DNA of 63,803 bases, the filler included, from Vannella sp. (lineage: Eukaryota), in the NCBI GenBank assembly GCA_023345925.1. It is 8 parts of 8 records of this genome, joined end to end, with 100 filler letters (N's around TTAATTAATTAA, not from the genome) between each part and the next. Parts side by side here need not be neighbours in the genome. Positions count along the whole stretch, not along the records: positions 6,418 to 13,707 come from JAJQQN010000411.1; positions 13,808 to 19,615 come from JAJQQN010000466.1; positions 19,716 to 24,243 come from JAJQQN010000856.1; positions 24,344 to 41,249 come from JAJQQN010000646.1; 4 more parts are not named here. The stretch is one strand, 5' to 3'. The notes under the pieces were generated by a model. It was given only the letters and a program-made list of their open reading frames with translations, had not been told where the DNA came from and did no database searches. The position numbers and the translations under genes are program-made. Shown one piece after another: positions 12,903 to 24,678 of the stretch; positions within the stretch are counted from its first letter, which is position 1; every line of letters starts with the position of its first letter.

Positions 12903-13707
12903 ATGGTGGTGCGTTTGCGTAGAGATTGGTATCGTGTTGCTGAAATGGAGGGAGTAGAAGAAGAAAGGTCTCTCGTTGGAGGAGAAGCGAGAGAAGATGC
13001 AGGAGTTTCTCCATGAGACTGTGAGTTCAAGGCTCCAAGGGGAGCGGTGGGCTAATGTGTTGACATAGAAAGATGTTTTCACGATGAAGCAACTTGAGAC
13101 ACTCTGTGCCAAGAAGAAGGGCATCGTCTCTCAAACAGTCAAGGACATTGCTGCTTCGCTGGTGTCCGATGATCTCATCAAATCCGACAAGATCGGCATT
13201 GGAGTATTCTACTGGTCATTCCCAAGTGAATCCCTCCTCGTGGTGAGTCTGTCTTTCTTTCATGCTTCGATGAGAAGCTCACAGATTGAATGAAGCGCGA
13301 GAACAAGATCAACCAGCTAGAAGAACAGATAGCCGCAATCCAAGTGAGAATAGAAGCCACCAAGGAGTCTATCCTCTCTGCTAGCGAGGGGAAAGAGTCT
13401 ACAAGCGAGAGAGAAGAAGCTTTAGAGAGGCAGCGGGAGCTACAGGAGATCAACAACACTCTTTCTGGCAACTGTCAAAAGTTTGCTGCTTTAGATCCCG
13501 AGTTTGTTGAGCAACAACGTAAGTCATTCAGTGGCTCCTGATACAATCCCTCACCATCATCCCAGGCAAGGATAGGGACATTGCTTTAGAAGCTGCCAAT
13601 CGGTGGACAGACAACATCTTCTCTTTGCGAACTTACTGCAAAGGCCAATCGATTGATGCTGAGAAGTTTGACCAGGCTTTCGAGATCGAAGAGGGATTCG
13701 ATTATGT
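12903..13707 (+). CDS. MND1: Meiotic nuclear division protein 1 (runs to the contig end)
   Basis: Spliced product MV|KKKGLSLEEKREKMQEFLHET|KDVFTMKQLE..KKGIVSQTVKD..LVSDDLI..DKIG..FYWSFPS, and later AANRWTDNIF. Confidence 0.92.
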
Positions 13708-13807
13708 NNNNNNNNNNNNNNNNNNNNNNNNNNNNNNNNNNNNNNNNNNNNTTAATTAATTAANNNNNNNNNNNNNNNNNNNNNNNNNNNNNNNNNNNNN
13801 NNNNNNN
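13708..13807. other. Artificial contig linker
   Basis: Same 100-nt N/TTAATTAATTAA pattern. Confidence 0.97.
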
Positions 13808-13994
13808 CGGTCTTGTCATCGGTGCAATTCTGTTTGTGGGCTTTGGTGTGGTGGTGATTGAAGTGCGCTATCGGAGGATCAGGCACAAGGTCAATCAAAG
13901 CTTCTTAATTGTCGAGAATTCGGAGATAATGACAAAACTTTAAAAGAAAACACTTTTTAGGAGAACCAAAGTAATCCTTTCCTGGACGGGTTCC

Positions 13995-14798
13995 TCAGAC
14001 CAAGTTTGCGCGTTGAGGCGCTGCTTCCCTGCTTTTACGAGAAGCTAGTTGCTTTGCATCTTCCAGGCACATCTTGGTTCGCGTGTTGGCGCTCTTGTAC
14101 CAGATATTCAAAGCACTTTCCAGGGGGGGGACTTGACTTGGATCTTTTGAAAAGGATAGGACAGTCCAACACGAACGGGCAATCATCCCTGCGGCGCCGT
14201 TCATTGGAGAACCCACTGGGAGAGCGTCCAGGGTGTGATTGTGACTTCCGTAGAAGCTTGCCAAACGGGACATTGTGTTCAATGCCGGGCTGGGGTTGTA
14301 TCGGGCAGCTGCAGAGGCTTCCTTGCAACTCTTGTAGATCAAACAGGCCAGTTTAGCAAGGTAAGTGATATCCTGCGTTGCTTGATACTGTTGGAGCGCC
14401 TGCAATAGCTCGGATTGGCTCCCCGAGTTTGTGTGATGAAGACCGGCTTGTTGTGGTGAAGACACTGATGGAAGGAGACTCTTAGGTGAGTGAGTAGAAG
14501 GAGAATGACGGGGGGCAACTGGAGCGGAAGATGTGGGCCCGTTTCCAATGAGAACCAGAAGAACCGCGCAGATGTGTTTGCAAAACCCATCGCGCCTGTC
14601 AGGGCAAGAGCAACTTCCATCCATTTCGTCCCCATCCCAACCAAGGACCTCCACGCTGTACACACTACTTCCTCTCACATTCGCCGTGCACGAATCACCG
14701 TCCCTCTCCAGCAACTCCACATCACGAACAATCCCGCGCGCCTTACTCAAGGAGCCCTTAGCCGCATACCTTCCCAATACCTTCTCGTTCAGAGGCAT
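13995..14798 (-). CDS. SWIM zinc-finger protein
   Basis: CSCPD-x4-CKHICAVLL preceded by ANVRGSSVYSVEV; first ATG at 14798. Confidence 0.8.
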   Translation of the reverse strand: MPLNEKVLGRYAAKGSLSKARGIVRDVELLERDGDSCTANVRGSSVYSVEVLGWDGDEMDGSCSCPDRRDGFCKHICAVLLVLIGNGPTSSAPVAPRHSPSTHSPKSLLPSVSSPQQAGLHHTNSGSQSELLQALQQYQATQDITYLAKLACLIYKSCKEASAAARYNPSPALNTMSRLASFYGSHNHTLDALPVGSPMNGAAGMIARSCWTVLSFSKDPSQVPPLESALNIWYKSANTRTKMCLEDAKQLASRKSREAAPQRANLV

Positions 14799-14903
14799 GT
14801 CCGACAAAAAATGGCGGAAAGTCGGGACAAACCCATTGGGGGAACTTAAATAAATTCCTAGAAAAAAGAAACTTCCAGGAAATTTTTAATTTTCGAGACC
14901 TCT

Positions 14904-17900
14904 TCAAACAGAAAGGGTGTCGTTCAGAGCAGAGAGGCGGAGCCAGCCAAGTAGTTCTTGTAATCCTTTCTCGAGATTGAGGGAGGGATAGCGTTTGAAT
15001 GCGGTTGTGATGAATTGGGGAACTTCACAAGCAACGCAGACCCTTCTCGTTGTTCGGGAGCTCTTGCAGCAGATAGTAATGATTGAGAGGACAATGCGGA
15101 GGACGTTTTCGTGGTAAAGGTCGCATTCATCAGTGAGGAGTATGAGCCTTTGAATGCCATTCATCCGCATAAAGGTATTTTGGATGCTATTCCGAGCCAT
15201 GAGCAAGTGAAGGACAGAGATGGCCGTGTTGCAAGTGACTTGGAACTCTGGAATAGATATTTGGGGAAAGATTCTGGCAAACAAATGGTTGAGCAGTCCG
15301 CTTTGGTTCAACAAGCTGGAGAATATTTGAGTGTCCGTACTCTCCTTTAAGAGCTTTCCTATCAACCATAATCCGCTATTCTGAACGGAGGCGTTTTTGC
15401 ACAAATCAGGGTGTTGGAGGCACTCAACAACGTGCTCTGCGATCACCCAGTCCGGGTTCTGCGTGAGCTGGTAATTGATCTTCTCATTGCTGGAAATCAC
15501 TGAGAGATAGTCAAGAGCTGCACAAATGACCAAAGGCTTATTGGCTGTTCCATACTGTTTGATACACTTGAATGAGTAAGATAAGAAATCATGCTCAATA
15601 GACAAATGAACAATCATCCGGTCCGTGTGGAAGCGATTCAGTAAAAGAATGCGCCGGAGGATGTGGAGAATGCAAATTTTCAATTCGAGGATGTTCAACT
15701 CCCATAGCCGACGGAGCTTTGACATGAAGCAATCTGTAAAGTCTGTAATTTCGTTTGAGGGAATGCAGTTGTAATATAAAAGTCGCCACACAAGTCCGCA
15801 TGCAGAAGTACTTGCAACAGGAGTGGAGTGGCAGTACTCGTTAAGGCCGTGCCACATCAATTCTGTGATTTGGGTCTTATACTTTGCCAGAAAGAAAGCG
15901 CCCCCGCCTATCTCTTGTGGTATCAATTGATTCCATCCCATCGTCCTGTGAGCCTGATGAACTTGATTGTCTTCTACAAGTAGTCTGTTCAGCAGAAGGG
16001 TTCCAGGGCGATAGATTCGGTGACAATTGCGATATTGAGTGACGATCTCAAAAATAGGAAGATATACACCCGTTCCAGTGATCCAATTTGATAGAGTTAC
16101 ATCCCGCGCTATGTTGGCCATGATGGAGAGGAGAAGCTCCAAGAGAATCATGTAGTCGCAGTTATCTTGAGATCTCTGCTCCGCTTCATCGTACACAAGC
16201 GGCGGAACCTTGATTAAAAACTTCTCAGGGAGCTCAAGAATCGACCCGAATAGGGATATTGAACAAGATTCCATAAGCAAGGGCAATAAAGCGTCTGCTC
16301 TGGGAGTATCCACTTGGGATTGAAGCAGTTTCAGGAAGCTCATCAGGTCAGAGGAACTGCTTATATCTAAAGCTGGAAAGTTGTGGTCTTGGACGGCCAG
16401 GTAAGGGCCAAGCAGTGACGAGATCTTCCCTAAACTCCACCGCAGGCATCCACAGTATTCCTCACGATTAAATGCTGGGTAATTGAAGCAAACAGAAGCA
16501 GCTTGAATAATAGCAGAGCGATGATCAGGAAGAGAGTCGCTGAGAATGAGCGCCTGCCAAAGGCTGTTGCGCGAAGGGCCAATAACGACGACTTTGTTGT
16601 TGTTGCAGTGCCGAAGCAAAGAGATTGTAAGTTTAAGGTGGCGTAAGTACCATGAATAGGAGTGAAGAAGCTCGTGTCCATCAAGTATTTGCTGGCTTAA
16701 TCGACTCAGACGATCTCGAGTAATTTGAGAAGTTTGGCATTGAGCCATTAGTTGATAGACTGTATCCTGTTCCAGCTTCAAGCACTCTTCCCACCGATGT
16801 TCTAATTCGCTCAAAGTTCGCAACAGCTCCCACTCCACTTCTGTATCCGGAAGAGCCTCATTCTGAACAAAAGCGGTAAAGTTTGTTCCGCTACTTGCAA
16901 CAAGCTGGGCGATGGCATCCTCCACTGCAACAGTGTTATACGCCATGGTCTCAATAAAAAGGTCTGTCTCATGACTAAAGTCCAGCTGCCGTATCAGATC
17001 TCTCTTTCGTTGACGATTGTCCCGCTCATGCCTCTTCGCATCAATTAACTTGATTATATCTTCGCGTTCGAAGAGACAGCTTTCCAGTAACTCTCGACAC
17101 TGTAATCGAGAGTCATGACTGATTGTACTTTCGTAGCTTTCAAAGAGTTCGTCAAAGAAGTATTCGTAATATTCATGCCAGTGGGACAAGGTAAGATTAG
17201 CTCCTTGGCTGATGAGCCATTGAATAAGCTCAACATTGCCCGCTAAAAAAGCAAAACCAAGCAACCTCGCACCTCCATAGTCTCGGTCCAACCATTCAGG
17301 ACCTTCTTTCAATGCTGCCTGAGTCCATCTCAGAAATGAAGTGATAACGAAATGGAGGTTCTCAGCCTTTCTGACGTCTCTAAACACGTCTCCTGTGAAC
17401 TTCTGGAGGTGCATGAGAAGGTGATAGAGGCGGTCACCTGACCGCAGGTACTCCACCAAAGAATCCTCCGGCCTTCCCGTCTCCCTGTCGACAGTGAAGG
17501 TGGTGCCCAGCTGCAGGATTGTATCCAATGCGTCCACAAAGCGATAGAGCAGAGCTATGCGAATGAAGTTCTGGATAACGCGCCAGTGGAAGCCTCTGCG
17601 CCTCACGAAGTCCCGGAGAGATGCTAACGCTTGGTTTGGGATGCTTTCCAAGGAGAATTCGACTTGAAGAGTAGTTTGGGCCTGTCCAGAGGACTTGCCA
17701 CTGTTAAGAGGAAGTGTAACAGCCATGGGAAGAGTCCCTGAACCTTCATCTGGGCTCTGAACGTTCGTCTCGTCGTGTATCAGAGCGCAGATGGTTTCCA
17801 AGGCGATCACACTCTCTGCAAGTACCTTAGAACCGTGTCTTACTATAAAGCGGATCTTCATGTTGCTCTGGAAGAAGGTGGGCTGAACAACGAGGAAGCT

Positions 17901-18209
17901 TGCGAAGTTCCATCGCGGGTTGATCTCTTTGGACACTGCAGGCGTGTGGAGGAGGACATGACGCGCTTTGAGATCCTCCGACTCATTGTTATCGTAAGGA
18001 GGATACAAACCAGCGCTTGCATTGCCGACAAAGTCCCAATAGGCCGATACAAAGGGGCTGGGCTTCGCCCCGAACATCCTTTCGGGCACGTTCGTCCCTG
18101 CAATCACACGCACGACCAACCTGCACTCTGTAAACGCTTCCTTCTGTCCTCCAGGCAGTGCCAATGTGATGGGAACCGTGTCTGCAACGCCCAAGCACTG
18201 GCTGAGCAT
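14904..18209 (-). CDS. Large intronless protein: C2 domain + ankyrin-like segment + armadillo-like repeats
   Basis: LVVRVIAGTNVP..PSPFV..TPAVSKEINPRWN (C2); AGNVELIQWLISQGAN (ankyrin-like); helical Leu-rich C-terminus. Start moved to 18209 because the upstream part of the ORF overlaps spastin exon 1. Confidence 0.65.
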   Translation of the reverse strand: MLSQCLGVADTVPITLALPGGQKEAFTECRLVVRVIAGTNVPERMFGAKPSPFVSAYWDFVGNASAGLYPPYDNNESEDLKARHVLLHTPAVSKEINPRWNFASFLVVQPTFFQSNMKIRFIVRHGSKVLAESVIALETICALIHDETNVQSPDEGSGTLPMAVTLPLNSGKSSGQAQTTLQVEFSLESIPNQALASLRDFVRRRGFHWRVIQNFIRIALLYRFVDALDTILQLGTTFTVDRETGRPEDSLVEYLRSGDRLYHLLMHLQKFTGDVFRDVRKAENLHFVITSFLRWTQAALKEGPEWLDRDYGGARLLGFAFLAGNVELIQWLISQGANLTLSHWHEYYEYFFDELFESYESTISHDSRLQCRELLESCLFEREDIIKLIDAKRHERDNRQRKRDLIRQLDFSHETDLFIETMAYNTVAVEDAIAQLVASSGTNFTAFVQNEALPDTEVEWELLRTLSELEHRWEECLKLEQDTVYQLMAQCQTSQITRDRLSRLSQQILDGHELLHSYSWYLRHLKLTISLLRHCNNNKVVVIGPSRNSLWQALILSDSLPDHRSAIIQAASVCFNYPAFNREEYCGCLRWSLGKISSLLGPYLAVQDHNFPALDISSSSDLMSFLKLLQSQVDTPRADALLPLLMESCSISLFGSILELPEKFLIKVPPLVYDEAEQRSQDNCDYMILLELLLSIMANIARDVTLSNWITGTGVYLPIFEIVTQYRNCHRIYRPGTLLLNRLLVEDNQVHQAHRTMGWNQLIPQEIGGGAFFLAKYKTQITELMWHGLNEYCHSTPVASTSACGLVWRLLYYNCIPSNEITDFTDCFMSKLRRLWELNILELKICILHILRRILLLNRFHTDRMIVHLSIEHDFLSYSFKCIKQYGTANKPLVICAALDYLSVISSNEKINYQLTQNPDWVIAEHVVECLQHPDLCKNASVQNSGLWLIGKLLKESTDTQIFSSLLNQSGLLNHLFARIFPQISIPEFQVTCNTAISVLHLLMARNSIQNTFMRMNGIQRLILLTDECDLYHENVLRIVLSIITICCKSSRTTRRVCVACEVPQFITTAFKRYPSLNLEKGLQELLGWLRLSALNDTLSV

Positions 18210-18293
18210 GCGCGCGTCCCCTCCCGCTCTCCAAATGAGCTCGCTGGGGCTGTGGGAGGCTCTTTTAGATATTTGTTGGTATCCTCCCGTGTC

Positions 18294-19615
<1,322 letters not shown>

Positions 19616-19715
19616 NNNNNNNNNNNNNNNNNNNNNNNNNNNNNNNNNNNNNNNNNNNNTTAATTAATTAANNNNNNNNNNNNNNNNNNNNNNNNNNNNN
19701 NNNNNNNNNNNNNNN
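19616..19715. other. Artificial contig linker
   Basis: Same 100-nt pattern. Confidence 0.97.
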
Positions 19716-19855
19716 TCTCACTCCCGAAGCGAGAATTTTACCACTTAACTAACGAGCCAAAAGCGTAAAACGCAGCAAATTTTCACTTTAAAGCATTAAA
19801 TAAACTTTAGACGAGAATTGTTGTTTTGGTGGGTTTTTGCGTTTCATTTGTTGGG

Positions 19856-21466
19856 ATGCGGGTTGTTCTGCTACTTCTTGTGTTGGCAGCGGTTACTGCT
19901 CTTCCGGTGAAGAATGTGGTTGTTCTCATGATGGAGAATCGAAGCTTTGATCATCTTCTGGGATGGCTTCACGAGACGAATCCTGAGGTGGAAGGGTTGA
20001 CAGGAAACGAATGGAACTCCTTCCGAGTCGATGATCCTGAGGCTGAAAAGGTCTACGTCAACAAGAACGGCTACGATGTTGCCCCAGACGATCCCAACCA
20101 TGACTTCAACTCGACCACCGAGCAAATCTTCGGACACAGCAAAACTTCGACACAAAGAGCTCTCCCTCGGATGAACGGCTTTGTTCAGAACGCCAAACAG
20201 TCCCGACTTAACACAACAAACATCATGAGTATGTTCACTCAAGCACCTGACAGCGCCCCAGTGATCAATCAGCTCGCTCTTGAGTTTGCTGTCTTTGACC
20301 ACTGGTATGCTTCCTTGCCAGGGCCGGTAGGTGAACCGAAAGAGTTCTTCTTTCCCTTTTAACTCAAGAGTGCTGCAGACGGACCCGAATCGCGCATTTG
20401 TTATGTCTGGTACGTCGGATGGCGTTGTCACCAATTTCAACGGAACCCTCTGGGGGCAGCAAAGTTACTTCGACTTTCTCACTCAGCACAATGTTACTTG
20501 GAGGGGCTATTACCAAGTGGACCCTTGGGCTCTTTGGTACTTCCAGGATGTGAACACACCTGAGAACTCGAAGAATCTGCTTCCTCTTCGACAGTTTTAC
20601 AAGGACCTTGCTGCGTAGGTTGATTCGGGAGGGAGTGCCTTTGCTTACTCTGTAACAGAGGGACTCTGCCCCGATTCTCATTCCTCCAACCCAAGATGGA
20701 TAGCGCCCGCACTCCTCCTAATTGGCAGCATCCAGACGCTAGTGTCAAAGAGGGAGAGAGATTGATTAAGAGCGTTTATGAGGCGCTCAGAAACTCTCAG
20801 CATTGGCAAGATACTGCTCTGGTTGTGATGTACGATGAGCACGGGGGGTTCTATGACCACGTGACTCCTCCTCAAGAAGGAGTTCCATCTCCAGATAACA
20901 TCAAATCGTCCCCAGATGGATTTGAATTCAATCGCCTTGGTATCCGAATTCCTGTTGGTGAGGCCAGCTTGCCGAGGATTCGTTTCCTTCTGGACTAATT
21001 TGCATTTTCAGTTGTTGTATCTCCTTGGGTAGCAAAGGGCCATGTCGAGCATCGTGCAAGAGGACCTCAAGTCACTTCTCAATATGACCATACCTCCGTG
21101 ATTGCCACTTGCAACAAGCTCTTTGGGATTGAAGACCATCTAACCAACCGAGATAAGTGGGCTGGCACTTTCGAACATGTTTTCTCGGAATCTTCAGCTC
21201 GTGAAGATGCTCCTTCCCGCCTCATTGATCTGCCAGATTGGACACAAGACGAGCTGGCAGAGCAATGGGCCAAGCCACTCAACGACCACATGGAAGTTCA
21301 GATTCAGTTCTATTGCAAATTCAATCAGCGAGATCCTGCCACCTGTGGCAAAGACATTAGCAACCAACTGGAAGCTTCTTTGTTCCTTCGCCAAGAAGCG
21401 GCGCACTATTTGGAAAAGGCCGCCAAAGGCCACTTTCCTAGCCCCGCCGGTGGAGTTAACCACTGA
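19856..21466 (+). CDS. Secreted phosphoesterase / non-specific phospholipase C (3 introns)
   Basis: Signal peptide; VVLMMENRSFDH, FAVFDHWYAS.PGP|TDPNR, YDEHGGFYDHV, RLGIRIP, YDHTS. Confidence 0.9.
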
Positions 21467-21665
21467 GTCCTATCATGCACCCCAGTGACTTAGCAAAAGT
21501 GAATAAAGTGTCTTGGCTCACTGCTTTGGCTGACTGGCACTCCTCTCTTCTTGAGATTCCTGCTTCCTCAAAAAGAACAGGGTATGGAGCATAAGTCGTA
21601 GAAGCTACTCTGAAAGGGATTGGGAAGAAAGGGCGCTGTAGAAGGCATTTCTAGTTGGCGCTGAG

Positions 21666-23052
21666 ATGGCGGAGAGCTTTCTGCGGCGGGAGGAAAGTGA
21701 AAGGGCTGTTTGTGTGCGAGGAGTGAGCTCAGTTTGTGGTAAAGAGGAGCTCCGTAGAGTGTTTCGCATGTTTGGTTCTATTGAGAGGCTCTGGTGCATG
21801 GAAGGGTGCGATACAATCGGTTTATTGCGGGGATCTTCTGCTGATCACCCGAATGTAGAGTTGCCGTCATCGTGTATCGTTCTATAGCATCTGTAGAGAC
21901 AATAACTTCCCACGCGCGCCGTAGGAGGCTCCTTCTGCGAGGTTCAGAGCTCTCAATCTCCCCTCCTTCGAGTAGTGCTCCAGCCCTGGAGGAAAGTGAC
22001 TCAGACTCATTCTTGACTTCTTCTCCTTCTAGAAGAGCGCGCGATGAACCTCTGACTACCACGCTGAGAGAAGTCTCTTCTCCCATTCTATTCGATGACA
22101 GTCCAACTTCCTCTCCAATCTCCCCTGTGGAAGGCCTTGAGGGCGTTCACAAGATGGAAGAAGATACCAAGAACTATCAGAAGCAAAGAAATGTGATAGA
22201 ACCTTCCCCCAGGCGAGCAAAACGGAGGAAAAGCCGATTGTCCGATTGGAAAGAAGCAAATAGGTCAATTCCCATCATCCAGAGGACTATCACACCGTGG
22301 ATGGCAGAATATGTTTCACTTTCAAGATCATTAGAACCCCAAAGGTCAGAAAGCCACGAGCAAGAGCTGACTACCAAGAAATGGCCGGAAAAGGAACGGC
22401 AATGGAAGCAGGAATGTGTTGAAAATAACGATTCCTGCAGTGACGAGGAGCTGAATGGGTCTACGTATCATGTATGCGCTTCAGTGAAGTCCCTCAACAA
22501 TCAGATATCTAACCAGATTTCAGAATCTTCCCAAATCTGTTTTAGAAAGCTTAAAGATGAGTTGCGAGGAAAGTCCTCCTCACTCTGAGCCTGCCAGTAT
22601 CAGTGGCGACGAAGACACACTTCATCAATTCAAGGATGCTCTGAAACCAATCGTTGGAAGACTTCTGGATTCAGTTCGAGCAACTGAAAGCGGAATGACC
22701 TTTCAGAATCTCTCGAAGAGCTCAGCCTCAGTCGATTTAATCAGTTCAATCGTCTCAGAGAAGCTGTATGAGCTAATGGAAACAACTCTGCGGCTCTCAA
22801 CCCCAAACACTATTTCACTTGAGCCCCGAACTCCTGGTGGCACATGGGAAACAGTCCTAGCTGCAGCCACCCTCGCCAACACGCCTCCCAGGTAATGCCA
22901 ATCTCCATAACTTCTTTATCTCACTCTAATAGAATCATCCGGCGAGCCAAATACCGCTTACTTGCCTCGCAACACTCCCTCATGAACTCGGCCAACAGAA
23001 CTAACTTTCCCTGGCACGAGGCGGCTCACCAAGTACTCTCACGGCCTAGATA
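21666..23052 (+). CDS. Probable N-terminal RRM protein with a low-complexity region (multi-exon, 3' end uncertain)
   Basis: RAVCVRGVS..KEELRRVFRMFGSIE..VAVIVY after splicing; Ser-rich linker. Confidence 0.45.
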
Positions 23053-23103
23053 GTGTTAAGTCACAACAAAGTCATCTCTGGGAGGTCATTTGTTCGAGGC
23101 GGG

Positions 23104-24015
23104 ATGGAAGTTACGTCGCGCCCTCCTCTGACGAGGGTCCGGTCCTTAAAGATCGTTCATGGCGTCTGTCCAGAGATTGAGGTGGCGGAGGACTTTGAAG
23201 CGAAGAGAACTCTTGTAGCTCGGTGGGCCAGAGGGTCTGCAGCGGGCTGTATGAACCATCCGGAGTGGATGAACAATCCGCAGTTTATCCTCTCCTGTCC
23301 TGAGCCAGGACCAGTTGGGATCTCTTTGACTCAGATTCTAACTGCAGGAGAGCCTCCTGCTACTATGGGAGCGTACTTCTTTGACGCGCGGGCCTTCTAT
23401 GGCTACCAACTAGGGAACAAAGCTGCTCCTTTCCTCGCCAAACTGGCGTTCGTTAACTTGGAGACGATCAGCGCCACACTCAACATCACTACACCAGGGG
23501 ACTATCTAATGATTCCTTGTACGTTTGAGCCTGGCGTCGAACGCCACTTTGCGCTGGACGTGGATGAAGGTCAGGCAACCTTCGCACACGCTCGTCCTTG
23601 GTCAGTTGGCACTCTCCCTTGTCAGTGGACCTCCCAATACTCTGGTGGAAGTATGAACTGTCGCACTTGGGTGCAAAACCCGACATTCCACTTGACAATC
23701 TCCGGCTCTGAACCGTGTTCGGTGACTCTCGCTGTGTTTGTGAAGGAGAGATTGGATACAAGGATAGGTGGCTACATCTTTGAAGACGTCAAGGGCGATG
23801 GGGTGCCTACTGTCTTCGGAATTCGCGCCAACATTCCTTTTGTTTCCGGTCATGGAGCTGTTATCACTCTTCCCGCCCTACCTCCAAAGCAGTACATCAT
23901 CATGCCTTGCACTGAAGCTTCCAACAAGCTCGGTACTTGCTACATTGGAATCCCAGAGTCCCCAACAAAGGAGCGGTGTGCTCTCAAAGGACCATTCTTC
24001 CCCTCACGCAGATAA
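23104..24015 (+). CDS. Tandem calpain domain III (C2-like) protein without a protease core
   Basis: Two repeats of W..(S/Y)(A/S)(A/G)G.MN...W..NP.F.L, each followed by Y(L/I)(M/I)(I/M)PCT; AATAAA near 24077. Confidence 0.8.
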   Translation: MEVTSRPPLTRVRSLKIVHGVCPEIEVAEDFEAKRTLVARWARGSAAGCMNHPEWMNNPQFILSCPEPGPVGISLTQILTAGEPPATMGAYFFDARAFYGYQLGNKAAPFLAKLAFVNLETISATLNITTPGDYLMIPCTFEPGVERHFALDVDEGQATFAHARPWSVGTLPCQWTSQYSGGSMNCRTWVQNPTFHLTISGSEPCSVTLAVFVKERLDTRIGGYIFEDVKGDGVPTVFGIRANIPFVSGHGAVITLPALPPKQYIIMPCTEASNKLGTCYIGIPESPTKERCALKGPFFPSRR

Positions 24016-24120
24016 TCCCAAACTTCCCCTCTGCCCGTCTCTTTGCAGGTGCAGACACCTTGTCCAGTGGATATCCAATAAACATTTGATTCCCTTTCCG
24101 ATCCATTTATTTGCCGGGTC

Positions 24121-24228
24121 AGCGGGAGCGGAAACTTCCAAAACATTTATGATCCAAGATGTATTTATGAAGCCATGTTTTGAATGCTTCAAATAATTTT
24201 TCTAAGCGGGAGCGGAAACTTCCAAAAC
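24121..24228 (+). repeat. 24-bp perfect direct repeat x2 (AGCGGGAGCGGAAACTTCCAAAAC)
   Basis: Copies at 24121-24144 and 24205-24228, next to the contig end. Confidence 0.9.
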
Positions 24229-24243
24229 TTTTTCTTTGTCGTG

Positions 24244-24343
24244 NNNNNNNNNNNNNNNNNNNNNNNNNNNNNNNNNNNNNNNNNNNNTTAATTAATTAAN
24301 NNNNNNNNNNNNNNNNNNNNNNNNNNNNNNNNNNNNNNNNNNN
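24244..24343. other. Artificial contig linker
   Basis: Same 100-nt pattern. Confidence 0.97.
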
Positions 24344-24560
24344 CATGAACGATGGGAGGAAGATCTGAGATACGCTGGAAGGTAGAAGGTTGAGAATTGG
24401 TGTGGGAACGACCAGCTACCCACACAGAGCTTTCCTCATACAGCACGAGGGAGTGGTAGTGACCCCCAGTCCAATTGACTGTGCCCAGACCGAGTTGACA
24501 CTCCTCATTCCACCCAAAGGCGTTAAGAGGAGAGAAGGAGGGTGTGAAGCCCTATGGCAT
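24344..24560 (-). pseudogene. Decayed RCC1-like family copy (5' part)
   Basis: The reverse strand reads ATG CCA TAG..CACACCCTCCTTCTCTCC..CAACTCGGTCTGGG..GACTGGGG..CACTCCCTCGTG, matching the copies at 33401 and 47920 but with a stop, frameshifts and a deletion. Confidence 0.75.
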
Positions 24561-24678
24561 AAATAAAGTGAATACAAGCCCATTTCACCGCCATTTTCTG
24601 AAACTACTCCGCAGTGATGACGTAGTGATGACTTGGCGCTGTCGTTTATTCAGCCGTCACCTTTCCAAGAAAGGCAAT

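Noticed and set aside
24121..24228. CRISPR-like repeat-spacer-repeat
   Set aside because: Only two repeats, a 60-nt AT-rich spacer, eukaryotic context and no cas genes
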